Made by a program: the position numbers and the translations under genes. From NCBI GenBank assembly GCA_050946275.1, contig JBMNUM010000001.1:92690-156689 (forward strand): a DNA stretch of 64,000 nucleotides. The letters are read 5' to 3'. This document shows positions 26,890-36,587 of the stretch, one piece after another. The notes under the pieces are model-generated. The model did not search any database. It saw only the letters and a list, made by a program, of their open reading frames with translations, and was not told the origin of the DNA. Source of the DNA: Coriobacteriales bacterium (GTDB lineage Bacteria; Actinomycetota; Coriobacteriia; Coriobacteriales; CADBOM01). The first letter of the stretch is position 1; the number at the start of each line of letters is the position of its first letter.

Positions 26890-27941
26890 TGCTAGGCTCT
26901 GCCAGCTATCCCACATTCCAGGTTTTCCTGGCCATTTTCATCGCCATGGCGTTCACCATGGCGGTGCTTCCGTTCTGGATTCGCCTGCTCAAGTACGAGG
27001 GCATCGGCCAGCAGGTTCGCGCCGATGGCCCCGAGAGGCATCTGGTCAAGCAGGGAACGCCCACGATGGGCGGCGTCGTCATCCTGATCGCGGTTCTCGT
27101 CATCGTCATCCTCGTGGCGGCGTTCTCGCACAACATCGACAAGCTCGCGCTCGCCCTCGTCGTCGCGGCGACGATACTGACGGGCCTGCTCGGCTTCGTG
27201 GACGATATCACCAAGGTGCTCAAGAGCCGCTCGCTCGGCTTGAGCCCGCGTGCGAAGCTGGCCGGGCAGATCGCCATCTCGGTCATCTTCTGCCTGCTCG
27301 TCGTGAACTTCTGCGGCGTGAGCCCCGTCGTCAAGATCCCGTTCGTTGTGGACATCAACCTCGGCGTGCTCGCGATCAACATCCCCATGGGCGACGGCGT
27401 GTTCACGATCCCGTGGCTCTACGTCATCTTCGTGACGCTCCTCATGGCGGGCATGTCGAATTCCGTCAACCTCACCGATGGCCTCGATGGCCTCGCCGGC
27501 GGGTGCGTGATGATCGCCATGATCGCCATGGGCGCCATCTCGTACCGTGCCGACAACCTGGCGATGGCGATCTTCTGCGGTGCCGTGGCCGGCGGCTGCA
27601 TCGGCTTCATCTGGTTCAACACCTATCCGGCGAAGATCTTCATGGGCGACACGGGCTCGCTTGCGTTCGGCACGGCGCTCGCCGCCGTCTCCATCGTGAC
27701 GAAGTCCGAGGTCGTGGGTCTCGTGATCGGCGGCCTGTTCGTCGCCGAGTCCGTCTCGGTCCTGCTGCAAGTCATCCATTTCAAGCGGACGGGCAAGCGC
27801 ATCTTCCTCATGGCGCCGTTCCACCACCATCTCGAGAAGAAGGGCTGGTCGGAGCCGCAGGTCGTCACGCGCCTGTGGATCGTGACGGGTTTCCTCGCGT
27901 GCCTCGGCTTCGCGTGGTACTTCCCGATCGGCATGATGTAG
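26889..27941 (+). CDS. mraY: Phospho-N-acetylmuramoyl-pentapeptide transferase.
   Basis: ATG overlaps the murF TAA (TAATG). QQVRADGPERHLVKQGTPTMGG and NSVNLTDGLDGLA motifs. Polytopic membrane protein. Confidence 0.92.
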   Translation: MLGSASYPTFQVFLAIFIAMAFTMAVLPFWIRLLKYEGIGQQVRADGPERHLVKQGTPTMGGVVILIAVLVIVILVAAFSHNIDKLALALVVAATILTGLLGFVDDITKVLKSRSLGLSPRAKLAGQIAISVIFCLLVVNFCGVSPVVKIPFVVDINLGVLAINIPMGDGVFTIPWLYVIFVTLLMAGMSNSVNLTDGLDGLAGGCVMIAMIAMGAISYRADNLAMAIFCGAVAGGCIGFIWFNTYPAKIFMGDTGSLAFGTALAAVSIVTKSEVVGLVIGGLFVAESVSVLLQVIHFKRTGKRIFLMAPFHHHLEKKGWSEPQVVTRLWIVTGFLACLGFAWYFPIGMM

Positions 27942-27950
27942 GAGCATCCC

Positions 27951-29429
27951 ATGTCTAGTGGTCTGGGAAACGTCCTTGTCGTCGGGCTGGGCAAGAGCGG
28001 GCTGGCCGCCGCGCGGTTTGCCATCGCGCATCTCGGCGCCCCCGCCGATGACGCCTTCGCCGTCGAGAGCCTCACGGTCTACGGCGGCAAGTCCTCCGAT
28101 GCCGCGGTCGCGTTCGCGGCCGAGGCTGCCGAGCACGGCGTCGAGGTCATCCTCGACTGCGAGGACGTGAAGGGTTCCTACGACCTCGCCATCATCAGCC
28201 CGGGCATCTCGGTCAACAGCGGCTTCTTCCAAAGCGCCGCCGCATCCTCGCGCGAGGTCGTGACCGAGCCCGAGCTCGCGTTCCGATTCTCGCCGCGCCG
28301 TTGGATCGGCATCACGGGAACGAACGGCAAGACGACCACGACGACGCTCACGGCGCACCTTCTCGCCGAGGCCGGTGCGGGGAGCATCGCATGCGGCAAC
28401 ATCGGCCTGCCCTGCATCGAGGCGGCCTGCGCGCGCACCGACGACTCGTACCTTGTGGCCGAGCTCTCATCGTTCCAGCTCGAGTCGATGCCGACGTTCG
28501 CGCCCCGTGCGGCGATCCTGCTCAACATCACCCCCGACCACATCGAGTGGCACGGGAGCCTCGACGCCTATGCCGCGGCCAAGGAGAAGATCTTCTCCAA
28601 CCTGGGCGCGAGCGGCTACGCCATCGTCGATTGCACCGCGGAGAACACGCGTGCACTCGCCGGTCGCCTGGCCGCCCGCGGCGACGCGGTCGTCGCCATC
28701 GGCGGTCCCGACGGGTTCGGTGACGCCTACCACCCGCTCGGGGACCCTGCCGCCTGCGGGCGCGGGGGGTGCGCCTATCTGGACGGCGGCGTGCTGACCG
28801 TCGTGCTCGATGGGGCTGCGCATCGACTCGCCGCTGCCGGCGAGCTTTCCATCAAGGGCGATCACAACATGCAAAACGCGCTCGCGGCAAGCGCCGCCGC
28901 GCTCATCGCGGGCGTCGACGACGTGCAGCTTGCCGCCGGCCTGCGCTCGTACCATCCCGTCGAGCACCGGGTCGAGCCCTGCGGCGACGTGGGTGGGGTG
29001 CTCTTCTACAACGATTCGAAGGCGACGAACACCGATGCCGCCATCAAGGCCCTCACGGCGTTCCCCGGCCAGCGCGTCTGGATGCTTCTGGGCGGGCACG
29101 ACAAGGGCACGGATCTCTCCGAGCTGGTCGGCGCCTGCACGGATTCCTGCACGGGCGTCATCTGCTTCGGCGAGGCTGCGGGTCGCTTCCTCGCGGCGTT
29201 TGCGGACGCCGGCGCGGAGGCTGCGGGACTGCAGGTCATCGAGGCGCCCCACATGCGCGAGGCGTTCGCGGCGGCATGCGATGTGGCCCAGGACGGCGAC
29301 GTCGTGCTGCTCTCCCCGGCCTGCTCGTCGTTCGACGAGTTCTCCTCGTACGAGGAGCGCGGCAAGCTGTTCAAGCAGCTGGTGGCCGACCTGCGCGGCA
29401 CGGTCGCGGAGGAGGTCGTCCATGGTTGA
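27951..29429 (+). CDS. murD: UDP-N-acetylmuramoylalanine--D-glutamate ligase.
   Basis: 492 aa. GITGTNGKTTTT P-loop and NDSKATN motif. Confidence 0.9.
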   Translation: MSSGLGNVLVVGLGKSGLAAARFAIAHLGAPADDAFAVESLTVYGGKSSDAAVAFAAEAAEHGVEVILDCEDVKGSYDLAIISPGISVNSGFFQSAAASSREVVTEPELAFRFSPRRWIGITGTNGKTTTTTLTAHLLAEAGAGSIACGNIGLPCIEAACARTDDSYLVAELSSFQLESMPTFAPRAAILLNITPDHIEWHGSLDAYAAAKEKIFSNLGASGYAIVDCTAENTRALAGRLAARGDAVVAIGGPDGFGDAYHPLGDPAACGRGGCAYLDGGVLTVVLDGAAHRLAAAGELSIKGDHNMQNALAASAAALIAGVDDVQLAAGLRSYHPVEHRVEPCGDVGGVLFYNDSKATNTDAAIKALTAFPGQRVWMLLGGHDKGTDLSELVGACTDSCTGVICFGEAAGRFLAAFADAGAEAAGLQVIEAPHMREAFAAACDVAQDGDVVLLSPACSSFDEFSSYEERGKLFKQLVADLRGTVAEEVVHG

Positions 29430-30675
29430 AGAGCAGGACAAGGAGCGTAGGGCCGCACGCAGGAGCCGCGACAAGGGCCGCGGCGACATGGCCGTGCTCA
29501 CCCCGCGCCTGACCTTCATCATCTCCGTCGCGCTGCTGCTGGCGATCGGGCTCGTCATGGTGTACTCGGCATCCGCTCCCGAGGCGTACCGCGACTTCAA
29601 CGACACGGCCTACTTCCTCAAGCGCGAGGTCATCTGGGTCGCCGCGGGCGTCGTCCTGACGTTCATCGTGGCGAAACTTCCCTTCGGGTTATGGAACCGC
29701 AAGGTGCTCTGGGTGATCTGGGGCATCATGGTGGCGATCCTGATATTCAACCACATCGCGGGCTTCGTCGGTCTGGGAGCGCGCCGCTGGATCATGATCG
29801 GGCCGTTCACGTTCCAGCCCTCGGAGTTCGCCAAGATCGCGATGATGCTGCTCGCGGCGTCCATCGTCATAGGCTACCGCAACGGCGAGTTCCGCTCATT
29901 CGGGCAGTTCGCCGTCGTGTTCATCGGCAGCATCGCGATACCCACGTTCCTCATCCTGGCCCAGCCCGACCTCGGCACCGTCCTCGTCGCCCTGGTGGGC
30001 ATCCTCGCCGTCCTGTGGTTCGGCGAGTTCTCCAAGCGCATCATCGCCGCGGTGATCATCGCCGTGATCGTGCTCGCCCTTCTGGCCATCGTGTCGCAGG
30101 GATTCCGTTCCGACCGCATCGCGGCGTGGATCCATCCCGAGGACGATCCCGCGGGCACGGGCTACCAGATCCTCAACTCCTTCTACGCCTTCTCCGAGGG
30201 AGGCGTCTTCGGCGTGGGACTGGGCAACTCGACGCAGAAGTACCTGTACCTGCCCTTCGCCTACAACGACTTCATCTTCGCCGTCATCGGCGAGGAGTTC
30301 GGGCTCATCGGATGCGCCGTCATCATCGTGCTGTTCCTCGTGATGCTGCGCTCGGCGCTCCAGATTGGCGAGATGGCGTCGAGCCCCTTCGCGAAGATCA
30401 TCGCGTGCTCGTCGGCCACGGTCATCGCGTTCCAGGCCTTCTTGAACATGGCCTGCACCATCGGGGCGTTACCCGTCACGGGCAAGCCCCTGCCCTTCAT
30501 CAGCTACGGTGGCTCGTCCATGTTCGCGACGATGATCCTCGTCGGCTTCGTGCTGGCGGTCTCGTTCCAGAGCTCGGACGACACCGCGACGCGCCGCAGG
30601 AAGGACATCCGCGTGTACGAGACCGGATCGGGCGGCTCGTCGTCGTATCCATCGAGAACCAGAAGAGGTGCCTGA
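29422..30675 (+). CDS. ftsW: SEDS-family peptidoglycan glycosyltransferase FtsW.
   Basis: Start MVEEQDK at ATG 29422, overlapping the murD end. Ten predicted TM segments, with FQPSEFAKI and PFISYGGSSM motifs. Confidence 0.9.
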   Translation: MVEEQDKERRAARRSRDKGRGDMAVLTPRLTFIISVALLLAIGLVMVYSASAPEAYRDFNDTAYFLKREVIWVAAGVVLTFIVAKLPFGLWNRKVLWVIWGIMVAILIFNHIAGFVGLGARRWIMIGPFTFQPSEFAKIAMMLLAASIVIGYRNGEFRSFGQFAVVFIGSIAIPTFLILAQPDLGTVLVALVGILAVLWFGEFSKRIIAAVIIAVIVLALLAIVSQGFRSDRIAAWIHPEDDPAGTGYQILNSFYAFSEGGVFGVGLGNSTQKYLYLPFAYNDFIFAVIGEEFGLIGCAVIIVLFLVMLRSALQIGEMASSPFAKIIACSSATVIAFQAFLNMACTIGALPVTGKPLPFISYGGSSMFATMILVGFVLAVSFQSSDDTATRRRKDIRVYETGSGGSSSYPSRTRRGA

Positions 30676-30676
30676 T

Positions 30677-31822
30677 ATGAGGTTCGTCATCTCCGGCGGA
30701 GGGACCGCCGGCCACATCTACCCGGCTATCGCCGTCGGCAAGCAGCTCGCGTCCATGGGGCACGAGGTGTTCTTCGCCGGCACGCCCGAGGGTCTCGAGG
30801 CGCGCCTGGTGCCCGAGGCGGGCTTCCCGTTCGAGGCGTTCGACGTCTCGGGATTCAACCGCAGCCATCCGCTGACACTCCTGAAGTCGTCCATGAAAGC
30901 GCTCAAGGGCTCGTCGGCCGCCAAGAAGTGGCTCAAGTCCCTCGGCGCCGATGCCGTCATCGGCTTCGGCGGCTATGTGTCGATTCCCGTGGGCAAGGCC
31001 GCGGGCGACCTTGGCATCCCGCTCGTCATCCACGAGCAGAACTCCGCTTGCGGCATGGCGAACAAGTACCTTGCCCCGCATGCCGCGCATATCGCGCTGA
31101 CGTACGACGTCGCGCGCAGGGACCTGAAGACCGACGCTCCCATCGAGGTCACGGGCAATCCGGTGCGTCCCGAGCTGCTCGAGGTCGACGCGGCCTCGGC
31201 CCGCTCGAGGCTCGGCGTTCCCGACGATGCGGAGCTGCTGTTCGTGTTCGGCGGCTCGCTCGGCGCCCGCCATATCAACACGGCGATCTGCAAGCTGGCC
31301 GCGCGCCTGCTCGAGCGTCCGAACCTGCACGTCATCCATGTGACAGGGCCCAAGGAGTACGACACGGTGCGCGCCGACCTCGAGGCGCAGGGCATCGCGC
31401 TATCCGGACCGGGCTTCTCGCCGGAGACGGGTTGGGAGAACGCGGGCGAGCGCTACCACCTCACCGGCTACTTCAACAGCATGGGCGAGGCCCTGACGGC
31501 CAGCGACGCCGTCGTGTGCCGCGCCGGTGCCACGACGCTCGCGGAGCTGACGGCCATCGGCGTGCCGGCGCTCCTCGTCCCGTATCCGCATGCGACGGAC
31601 GACCATCAGACGAAGAACGCGCGGGCGCTCGTGGAATCGGGCGCATCGTTCATGTGCGCGGATGACGATGTCGAGGGAGAGGGCTTCGCCGAGATGCTCT
31701 TCACGCTGCTCGACGATGGCGCGCGCCGCGACGAGATGAGAGAATTGACGAGGAAACTCGGCCGCACGAACGCGGCGGAATTGGTCGCCAACCTGGCGAT
31801 CGACGCCGCGGCGCGCAAATGA
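30677..31822 (+). CDS. murG: UDP-N-acetylglucosamine--N-acetylmuramyl-(pentapeptide) pyrophosphoryl-undecaprenol GlcNAc transferase.
   Basis: MRFVISGGGTAGHIYPA N-terminus after SD AGAAGAGGTG. The ORF track offers GTG 30668 as an alternative start. Confidence 0.9.
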   Translation: MRFVISGGGTAGHIYPAIAVGKQLASMGHEVFFAGTPEGLEARLVPEAGFPFEAFDVSGFNRSHPLTLLKSSMKALKGSSAAKKWLKSLGADAVIGFGGYVSIPVGKAAGDLGIPLVIHEQNSACGMANKYLAPHAAHIALTYDVARRDLKTDAPIEVTGNPVRPELLEVDAASARSRLGVPDDAELLFVFGGSLGARHINTAICKLAARLLERPNLHVIHVTGPKEYDTVRADLEAQGIALSGPGFSPETGWENAGERYHLTGYFNSMGEALTASDAVVCRAGATTLAELTAIGVPALLVPYPHATDDHQTKNARALVESGASFMCADDDVEGEGFAEMLFTLLDDGARRDEMRELTRKLGRTNAAELVANLAIDAAARK

Positions 31823-31868
31823 GCCGATACCGATCATGAGCGGCTTATCGAAGGACTTACGGAGGTAG

Positions 31869-33272
31869 ATGGCGATGACGGGCGGAAACATGGACAGGAA
31901 CATAGCGAAGGTTCACTTCGTCGGCGTCGGCGGCGTTGGCATGAGCGGCATCGCGTCGGTCGCGAAGAAGCTGGGCATGCAGGTCACGGGCTCCGACTTG
32001 AAGGAGTCGAAGTACTCGAAGGCCCTCAAACGCCAGGGGATCAAGGTCTCCGTCGGACACGACGCGCGTAACATCACCGATAGCGACCCCGACGTGGTCG
32101 TCGTGTCGAGCGCCATCCCCGAGACGAACCCCGAGGTCGTCGCGGCCCGCGCGGCGGGCATCGAGATCTGGCCCCGCGCCAAGATGCTCGCGTATGTCGG
32201 CAACGGTTACAAGGTGCTGGCGGTCGCGGGAACGCACGGCAAGACGACGACCTCCTCGATGCTCTCGGCCGCGCTCGTCGAGCTGGGCGCCGACCCGGCG
32301 TTCCTCGTGGGCGGCATCATCGACGGCTTCGACTCCAACGCCCGCTACGGCGGCGGCGAGTACTGCGCCGTGGAGGCGGATGAGTCGGATGGCTCGTTCA
32401 CGTACCTCGATCCTTACATGGCCATCGTCACGAACATCGAGGCCGACCACCTCGACCATTACGGCGACCTCGAGAGCATCCGGAAGGCGTTCGCGGAGTT
32501 CGTCTCCAACATTCCCGGCGAGGGATGCGTCATCGCCTGCGGGGACAACGAGGGGCTCGTGGAGCTGATGCGCGCGTCCACGGAGGCGCCCGTGGTCTCC
32601 TACGGTATCGGCGAGGGGTGCGATGTGCGCACGGTGCCCGCCGATGATGGCTCGTTCGACATCATCGCCGCGGACGGCTCCCGCGCGACCATGCGCCTGC
32701 AGTCCAACCCCGGCGTGCACAACATGCTCAACGCCACGTCGGTCGTGGCGCTGCTCATGCGGCTCGGCTACGGCCTGGACGAGAGCGTCCGCGCCGTGGA
32801 GTCCTTCAGCGGCGTGCGGCGCAGGTTCGACCTCGTCGGCACGGCCAAGGGCGTCACGGTCATCGACGACTACGGACATCATCCGACGGAGATCAAGGCG
32901 ACGCTCGCCGCGGCCCGCAACCAGGGTGCCAAGCGCATCCACGTGCTCTTCCAGCCGCATCGCTACTCGCGCACGGCCTCGCTGGCCGACGAGTTCGCGA
33001 CCGCCTTCGACGGCGTCGACAAGGTGACGGTCATGGACGTGTACTCGGCGGGCGAGACGCCCATCCCGGGCATCACGGGCAAGACCGTCGTGGATTCGGT
33101 GCTGCGCCACGACCCTGCGATGGACATCTCGTGGGTGCAGGGACGCGCCGAGGTCGTCTCCTATCTGGCCGACTGGCTCGAGGAGGGCGACATGCTCATC
33201 ACGATGGGCGCCGGCGACGTCACCGCCATCGGCCCGATGGTCCTCGAGGCCCTCGAATCCGCAGGGGAGTAG
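31869..33272 (+). CDS. murC: UDP-N-acetylmuramate--L-alanine ligase.
   Basis: HFVGVGGVGMSGIA and AGTHGKTTTSSM motifs. 467 aa. Confidence 0.9.
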   Translation: MAMTGGNMDRNIAKVHFVGVGGVGMSGIASVAKKLGMQVTGSDLKESKYSKALKRQGIKVSVGHDARNITDSDPDVVVVSSAIPETNPEVVAARAAGIEIWPRAKMLAYVGNGYKVLAVAGTHGKTTTSSMLSAALVELGADPAFLVGGIIDGFDSNARYGGGEYCAVEADESDGSFTYLDPYMAIVTNIEADHLDHYGDLESIRKAFAEFVSNIPGEGCVIACGDNEGLVELMRASTEAPVVSYGIGEGCDVRTVPADDGSFDIIAADGSRATMRLQSNPGVHNMLNATSVVALLMRLGYGLDESVRAVESFSGVRRRFDLVGTAKGVTVIDDYGHHPTEIKATLAAARNQGAKRIHVLFQPHRYSRTASLADEFATAFDGVDKVTVMDVYSAGETPIPGITGKTVVDSVLRHDPAMDISWVQGRAEVVSYLADWLEEGDMLITMGAGDVTAIGPMVLEALESAGE

Positions 33273-33275
33273 CCG

Positions 33276-34208
33276 ATGACCGATATCGATGCATTCACCG
33301 CGTTGCTGCAACGCAACGTTTCCAACGTATGGCCCGATGAGGTCATGGCGCGCCACACGGGCTTCCGCATCGGCGGGCAGGCGAAGCTCTACGTCGAGTG
33401 CGACACGATGGACGAGCTCGTGACGACCATCGAGGTCGCCGGGGAGTGCGGTCTGGACTGGACGATCCTCGGCAAGGGGACGAACGTCCTGATCGCCGAC
33501 GAGGGCTACGACGGCATCATCATCACGCTCGGACGCGAGTTCAAGCGCTACGAGGTGCTACGGGACGAGGAGACGGGCAGGCCGTACGCCATGGTGTGCG
33601 GAGCCGCCGTCGCGCTCGGGTCGCTCGTCCAGGAGGCCGTCAAGACCGGTTACTCCGGCTTCGAGTTCGCCGTGGGCATCCCGGGGTCGCTCGGCGGCGC
33701 CGTGCTCATGAACGCAGGCACCAAGGAGGCCACCATCGGCCAGGTCTGCCGCTCTATCGTGGTCTACCGGCCCGACACCGGCCTGCACCGCTACGCGGGC
33801 GACGAGCTGCCCTGGCACTACCGCTATTCCGGCCTTCCGCGCGGCGAGGTGGTCCTCGAGGCCGAGATCGCCATCGAGGAGGCCTCGACGTCCTTCATCC
33901 AGGCGAAGATGGAGGGCATCCTCAAGAGGCGCAGGAAGACGCAGCCCGTCGGCGTTCCCAACGCCGGGAGCATCTTCCGCAATCCGCCCGATGATTCGGC
34001 GGGCCGGCTCATCGAGGCCTGCGGGTTCAAGGGCAAGAGCGTTGGCGGAGCGCAGGTTTCCGAAACGCATGCAAACTTTATAATCAACACAGGGCATGCG
34101 ACCGCGCGCGACGTGGTCGTGCTCATGACCGAGATCCGCAAGCGGGTGAGGGAAGAATATGGCATCGAACTCAAACCGGAGATCAAATTCCTCGGTTTCG
34201 GGCAGTAG
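33276..34208 (+). CDS. murB: UDP-N-acetylenolpyruvoylglucosamine reductase.
   Basis: 310 aa. FAD-binding PCMH-type N-terminal domain (GKGTNVLIADEGYDG) and C-terminal GSIFRNP...GGAQVSETHANFIIN. Confidence 0.9.
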   Translation: MTDIDAFTALLQRNVSNVWPDEVMARHTGFRIGGQAKLYVECDTMDELVTTIEVAGECGLDWTILGKGTNVLIADEGYDGIIITLGREFKRYEVLRDEETGRPYAMVCGAAVALGSLVQEAVKTGYSGFEFAVGIPGSLGGAVLMNAGTKEATIGQVCRSIVVYRPDTGLHRYAGDELPWHYRYSGLPRGEVVLEAEIAIEEASTSFIQAKMEGILKRRRKTQPVGVPNAGSIFRNPPDDSAGRLIEACGFKGKSVGGAQVSETHANFIINTGHATARDVVVLMTEIRKRVREEYGIELKPEIKFLGFGQ

Positions 34209-35535
34209 GAACGGCGCGCACGCGAGGCCCTCGGGCCAGCGCGGTGCATCCGGCCGCGGTGCCGCGCCCGACCAGCGCGCCGGCTCGGCCCGCTCCCATG
34301 CGCGTCCCAAGATCCCGACGATCGAGGAGCCGGCTCCCCTCGAGACGGCTTCCGACGACATCGAGGTCGGCGGCGACCGTCGCGGGCGCCGCGGCCGGCG
34401 AGGCGGACGCGGGGGCAAGATCCGGGCCCTGCTCATCGTCATCGTCGTGCTGCTCGTCGCAGCCGGCGTCTCGTGGGGCGTGCTCGGCCACACGGACGTG
34501 TTCAAGATCACGTCCATCGACGTGAAGAACACCTCGCGCCTCTCCGACAACTACCTCACCGCCCTCGTCGACATCCCCGAGGGCACGAACCTCATGAACA
34601 TCGATACGAACGACGTGAAGGAGCGCCTCACCGCCAATCCGTGGATTGAGAAGGTCTCCGTGCACCGCTCGTACCCGCATACGCTCGTCCTCGACATCGA
34701 GGAGAACATGCCCACGGCCGTCGTGCAGGTCGATCCGGCGACGGCGATAGGCGCCACGGAATACTGGTTCATATCGGGTGACGGCATCTGGATGAGCCAG
34801 GTCTCGTCGACGGGCATCGAGCAGGCGCGCGAGGTCGTCATGGACTCCACGGGCTCCGAGGACCTCACCGCCGCCATCGAGGAGACGCCGGTGGTCGACG
34901 ATCCGCTCGTCGACACCGATGGCGACGGCGTACCCGATGCGGCGGCCGGCAGCGTCGACGAGGACGGCGACGGCATCGACGACAACACCGGCGAGCCGAT
35001 CGCCCAGACCACCACCGTCCACGAGGACGAGGACGGCGATGGCTACGATGACTACACGAACGAGTGGATCGGCGGCTCCGAGGAGGATTCCGACGACTCG
35101 GACGATTCGTCTGACGAGGCCGCGGATGAGAAGGCCGATGATGCCGCGAAGGAGAACGCGGGCGGCGAGCAGAGCGTGTGCGCCGATGCTTTCGTTACCG
35201 TCGAGGAGCTCGCGAAGATTCCCGTCGTGTCCGGCGTGGCCATCGGCGTGCAGCCCGAGACGGGCAAGCAGGAGACCGATGCCGGCGTGATCAACGCTCT
35301 CAACATCCTGGAGGGCGCCGATGAGGAGTTCCGCGCGCAGATCGCCTCCATCACCTCGGCCACGGGGGACAGCACCGACATCATGCTGAACAACGGCATC
35401 GAGGTGGCGTTCGGTCCGGCCACGGACATCCAGAGCAAGATCCGCATCGTCGAGCAGCTCATAGAGGAGCATCCCGATTCCATCGCCTACATCAACGTGC
35501 GCGTCGTCTCGCGCCCGTCGTGGAGGGGGTTCTAA
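34159..35535 (+). CDS. ftsQ: Cell division protein FtsQ (POTRA-containing) with a large acidic insertion.
   Basis: Basic N-terminus, TM (ALLIVIVVLLVAAGVSWGVL) and POTRA-like FKITSIDVKNTSRLSDNYLTALVDIPEGTNLMNID. Canonical position after murB. ATG 34159 would overlap murB by 50 nt, so the start is uncertain. Confidence 0.8.
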   Translation: MASNSNRRSNSSVSGSRNGAHARPSGQRGASGRGAAPDQRAGSARSHARPKIPTIEEPAPLETASDDIEVGGDRRGRRGRRGGRGGKIRALLIVIVVLLVAAGVSWGVLGHTDVFKITSIDVKNTSRLSDNYLTALVDIPEGTNLMNIDTNDVKERLTANPWIEKVSVHRSYPHTLVLDIEENMPTAVVQVDPATAIGATEYWFISGDGIWMSQVSSTGIEQAREVVMDSTGSEDLTAAIEETPVVDDPLVDTDGDGVPDAAAGSVDEDGDGIDDNTGEPIAQTTTVHEDEDGDGYDDYTNEWIGGSEEDSDDSDDSSDEAADEKADDAAKENAGGEQSVCADAFVTVEELAKIPVVSGVAIGVQPETGKQETDAGVINALNILEGADEEFRAQIASITSATGDSTDIMLNNGIEVAFGPATDIQSKIRIVEQLIEEHPDSIAYINVRVVSRPSWRGF

Positions 35536-35536
35536 C

Positions 35537-36505
35537 ATGGAGGACCGGCTCGTCCAGACCGTGAGGTGGACCGAGCAGGAGCATGCGCTGCTGCTGCCCG
35601 CAATCGATCCGGATGCGAGCAAATACTCCCGTGGCTCGGTGCTCGTGGCGGGAGGAAGTGCCCGCTACACGGGAGCGCCCGTGCTGGCGGCCCGTGCCGC
35701 GGCCCGTGCGGGTGCGGGCTACACGAGCCTGATGGTTCCCTCCGACATGGAGCAGGTCGCACGTGCCCATCTGCTCTCCATTCCCGTGATCGCCGCGCCG
35801 TGCATCGACGGCGCCTTCCGGCCCGGAGCCGCCACCTTGCCCGGTGAGCTGCTCGGGCACCTCGACGCGCTCGTCGCCGGGCCCGGCATGGGCGTGACAG
35901 ATGCCACGGCGGGCTTTATCACGCGTCTCCTCGACGGCTACGACGTGCCCGTCGTGCTCGACGCGGATGCGCTCAACGTGGTCGCGGGCCGCAATCCGAT
36001 TGCCCGCGGTACCGGACGTCCCGGGGATGCGTTCCGCTCGCTGCTGGCCCGCGGGAAGCGCGGCGCGACGACGATCCTCACGCCGCACGACGGCGAGCTC
36101 AAGCGTCTGCTCGCGGCATGCGGCGTCTCCGACGATGCGGCTGGCTCCGAGGAGGACCTCGATTCCGCTCGCTTGCGCAGGGCGGTTGCCGTCGCGGAGG
36201 CGACGGGCGCCGTCGTGGTCGCCAAGGGCAGGAGGACGCTCGTCGTGGAGGCAGGCCGTCCCGTGCTCGTCTCGGCGTACGCATCCGCCGTGCTCGCGAA
36301 GGCGGGGACGGGAGACGTGCTCTCGGGCATCATCGGCTCGCTGTGCGCGCAGGGTCTGCAGGGTTTCGAGGCCGCCGCGCTCGGCGTCTTCGTGCACGCC
36401 AAGGCGGGGGAGGAGACGCGCGCCCGACTCGGGATGCACGCCCCGATGGCGGAGGATGTCATCGACGGGATAGCCCCGGCCCTCAAGGCCCTCGAGGAGC
36501 TGTAA
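35537..36505 (+). CDS. nnrD: ADP/ATP-dependent NAD(P)H-hydrate dehydratase (YjeF C-terminal / carbohydrate-kinase-like domain).
   Basis: 322 aa. YSRGSVLVAGGSARYTGAPVLAARAAARAGAGY and AKAGTGDVLSGIIGSL motifs. Starts 2 nt after the ftsQ stop. Confidence 0.8.
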   Translation: MEDRLVQTVRWTEQEHALLLPAIDPDASKYSRGSVLVAGGSARYTGAPVLAARAAARAGAGYTSLMVPSDMEQVARAHLLSIPVIAAPCIDGAFRPGAATLPGELLGHLDALVAGPGMGVTDATAGFITRLLDGYDVPVVLDADALNVVAGRNPIARGTGRPGDAFRSLLARGKRGATTILTPHDGELKRLLAACGVSDDAAGSEEDLDSARLRRAVAVAEATGAVVVAKGRRTLVVEAGRPVLVSAYASAVLAKAGTGDVLSGIIGSLCAQGLQGFEAAALGVFVHAKAGEETRARLGMHAPMAEDVIDGIAPALKALEEL

Positions 36506-36517
36506 CCGGCGAAGAAC

Positions 36518-36542
36518 GAGTCAAAGGACTGTCCTTTGACTC
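36518..36542. terminator. Perfect 25-nt palindrome between convergent nnrD and the lipoprotein gene.
   Basis: GAGTCAAAGGAC-T-GTCCTTTGACTC, followed by ATTGTGG on the plus strand. Confidence 0.5.
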
Positions 36543-36587
36543 ATTGTGGCCGCATTACGGTTGGAAGCTTGTCTGCATCAAACGCTG

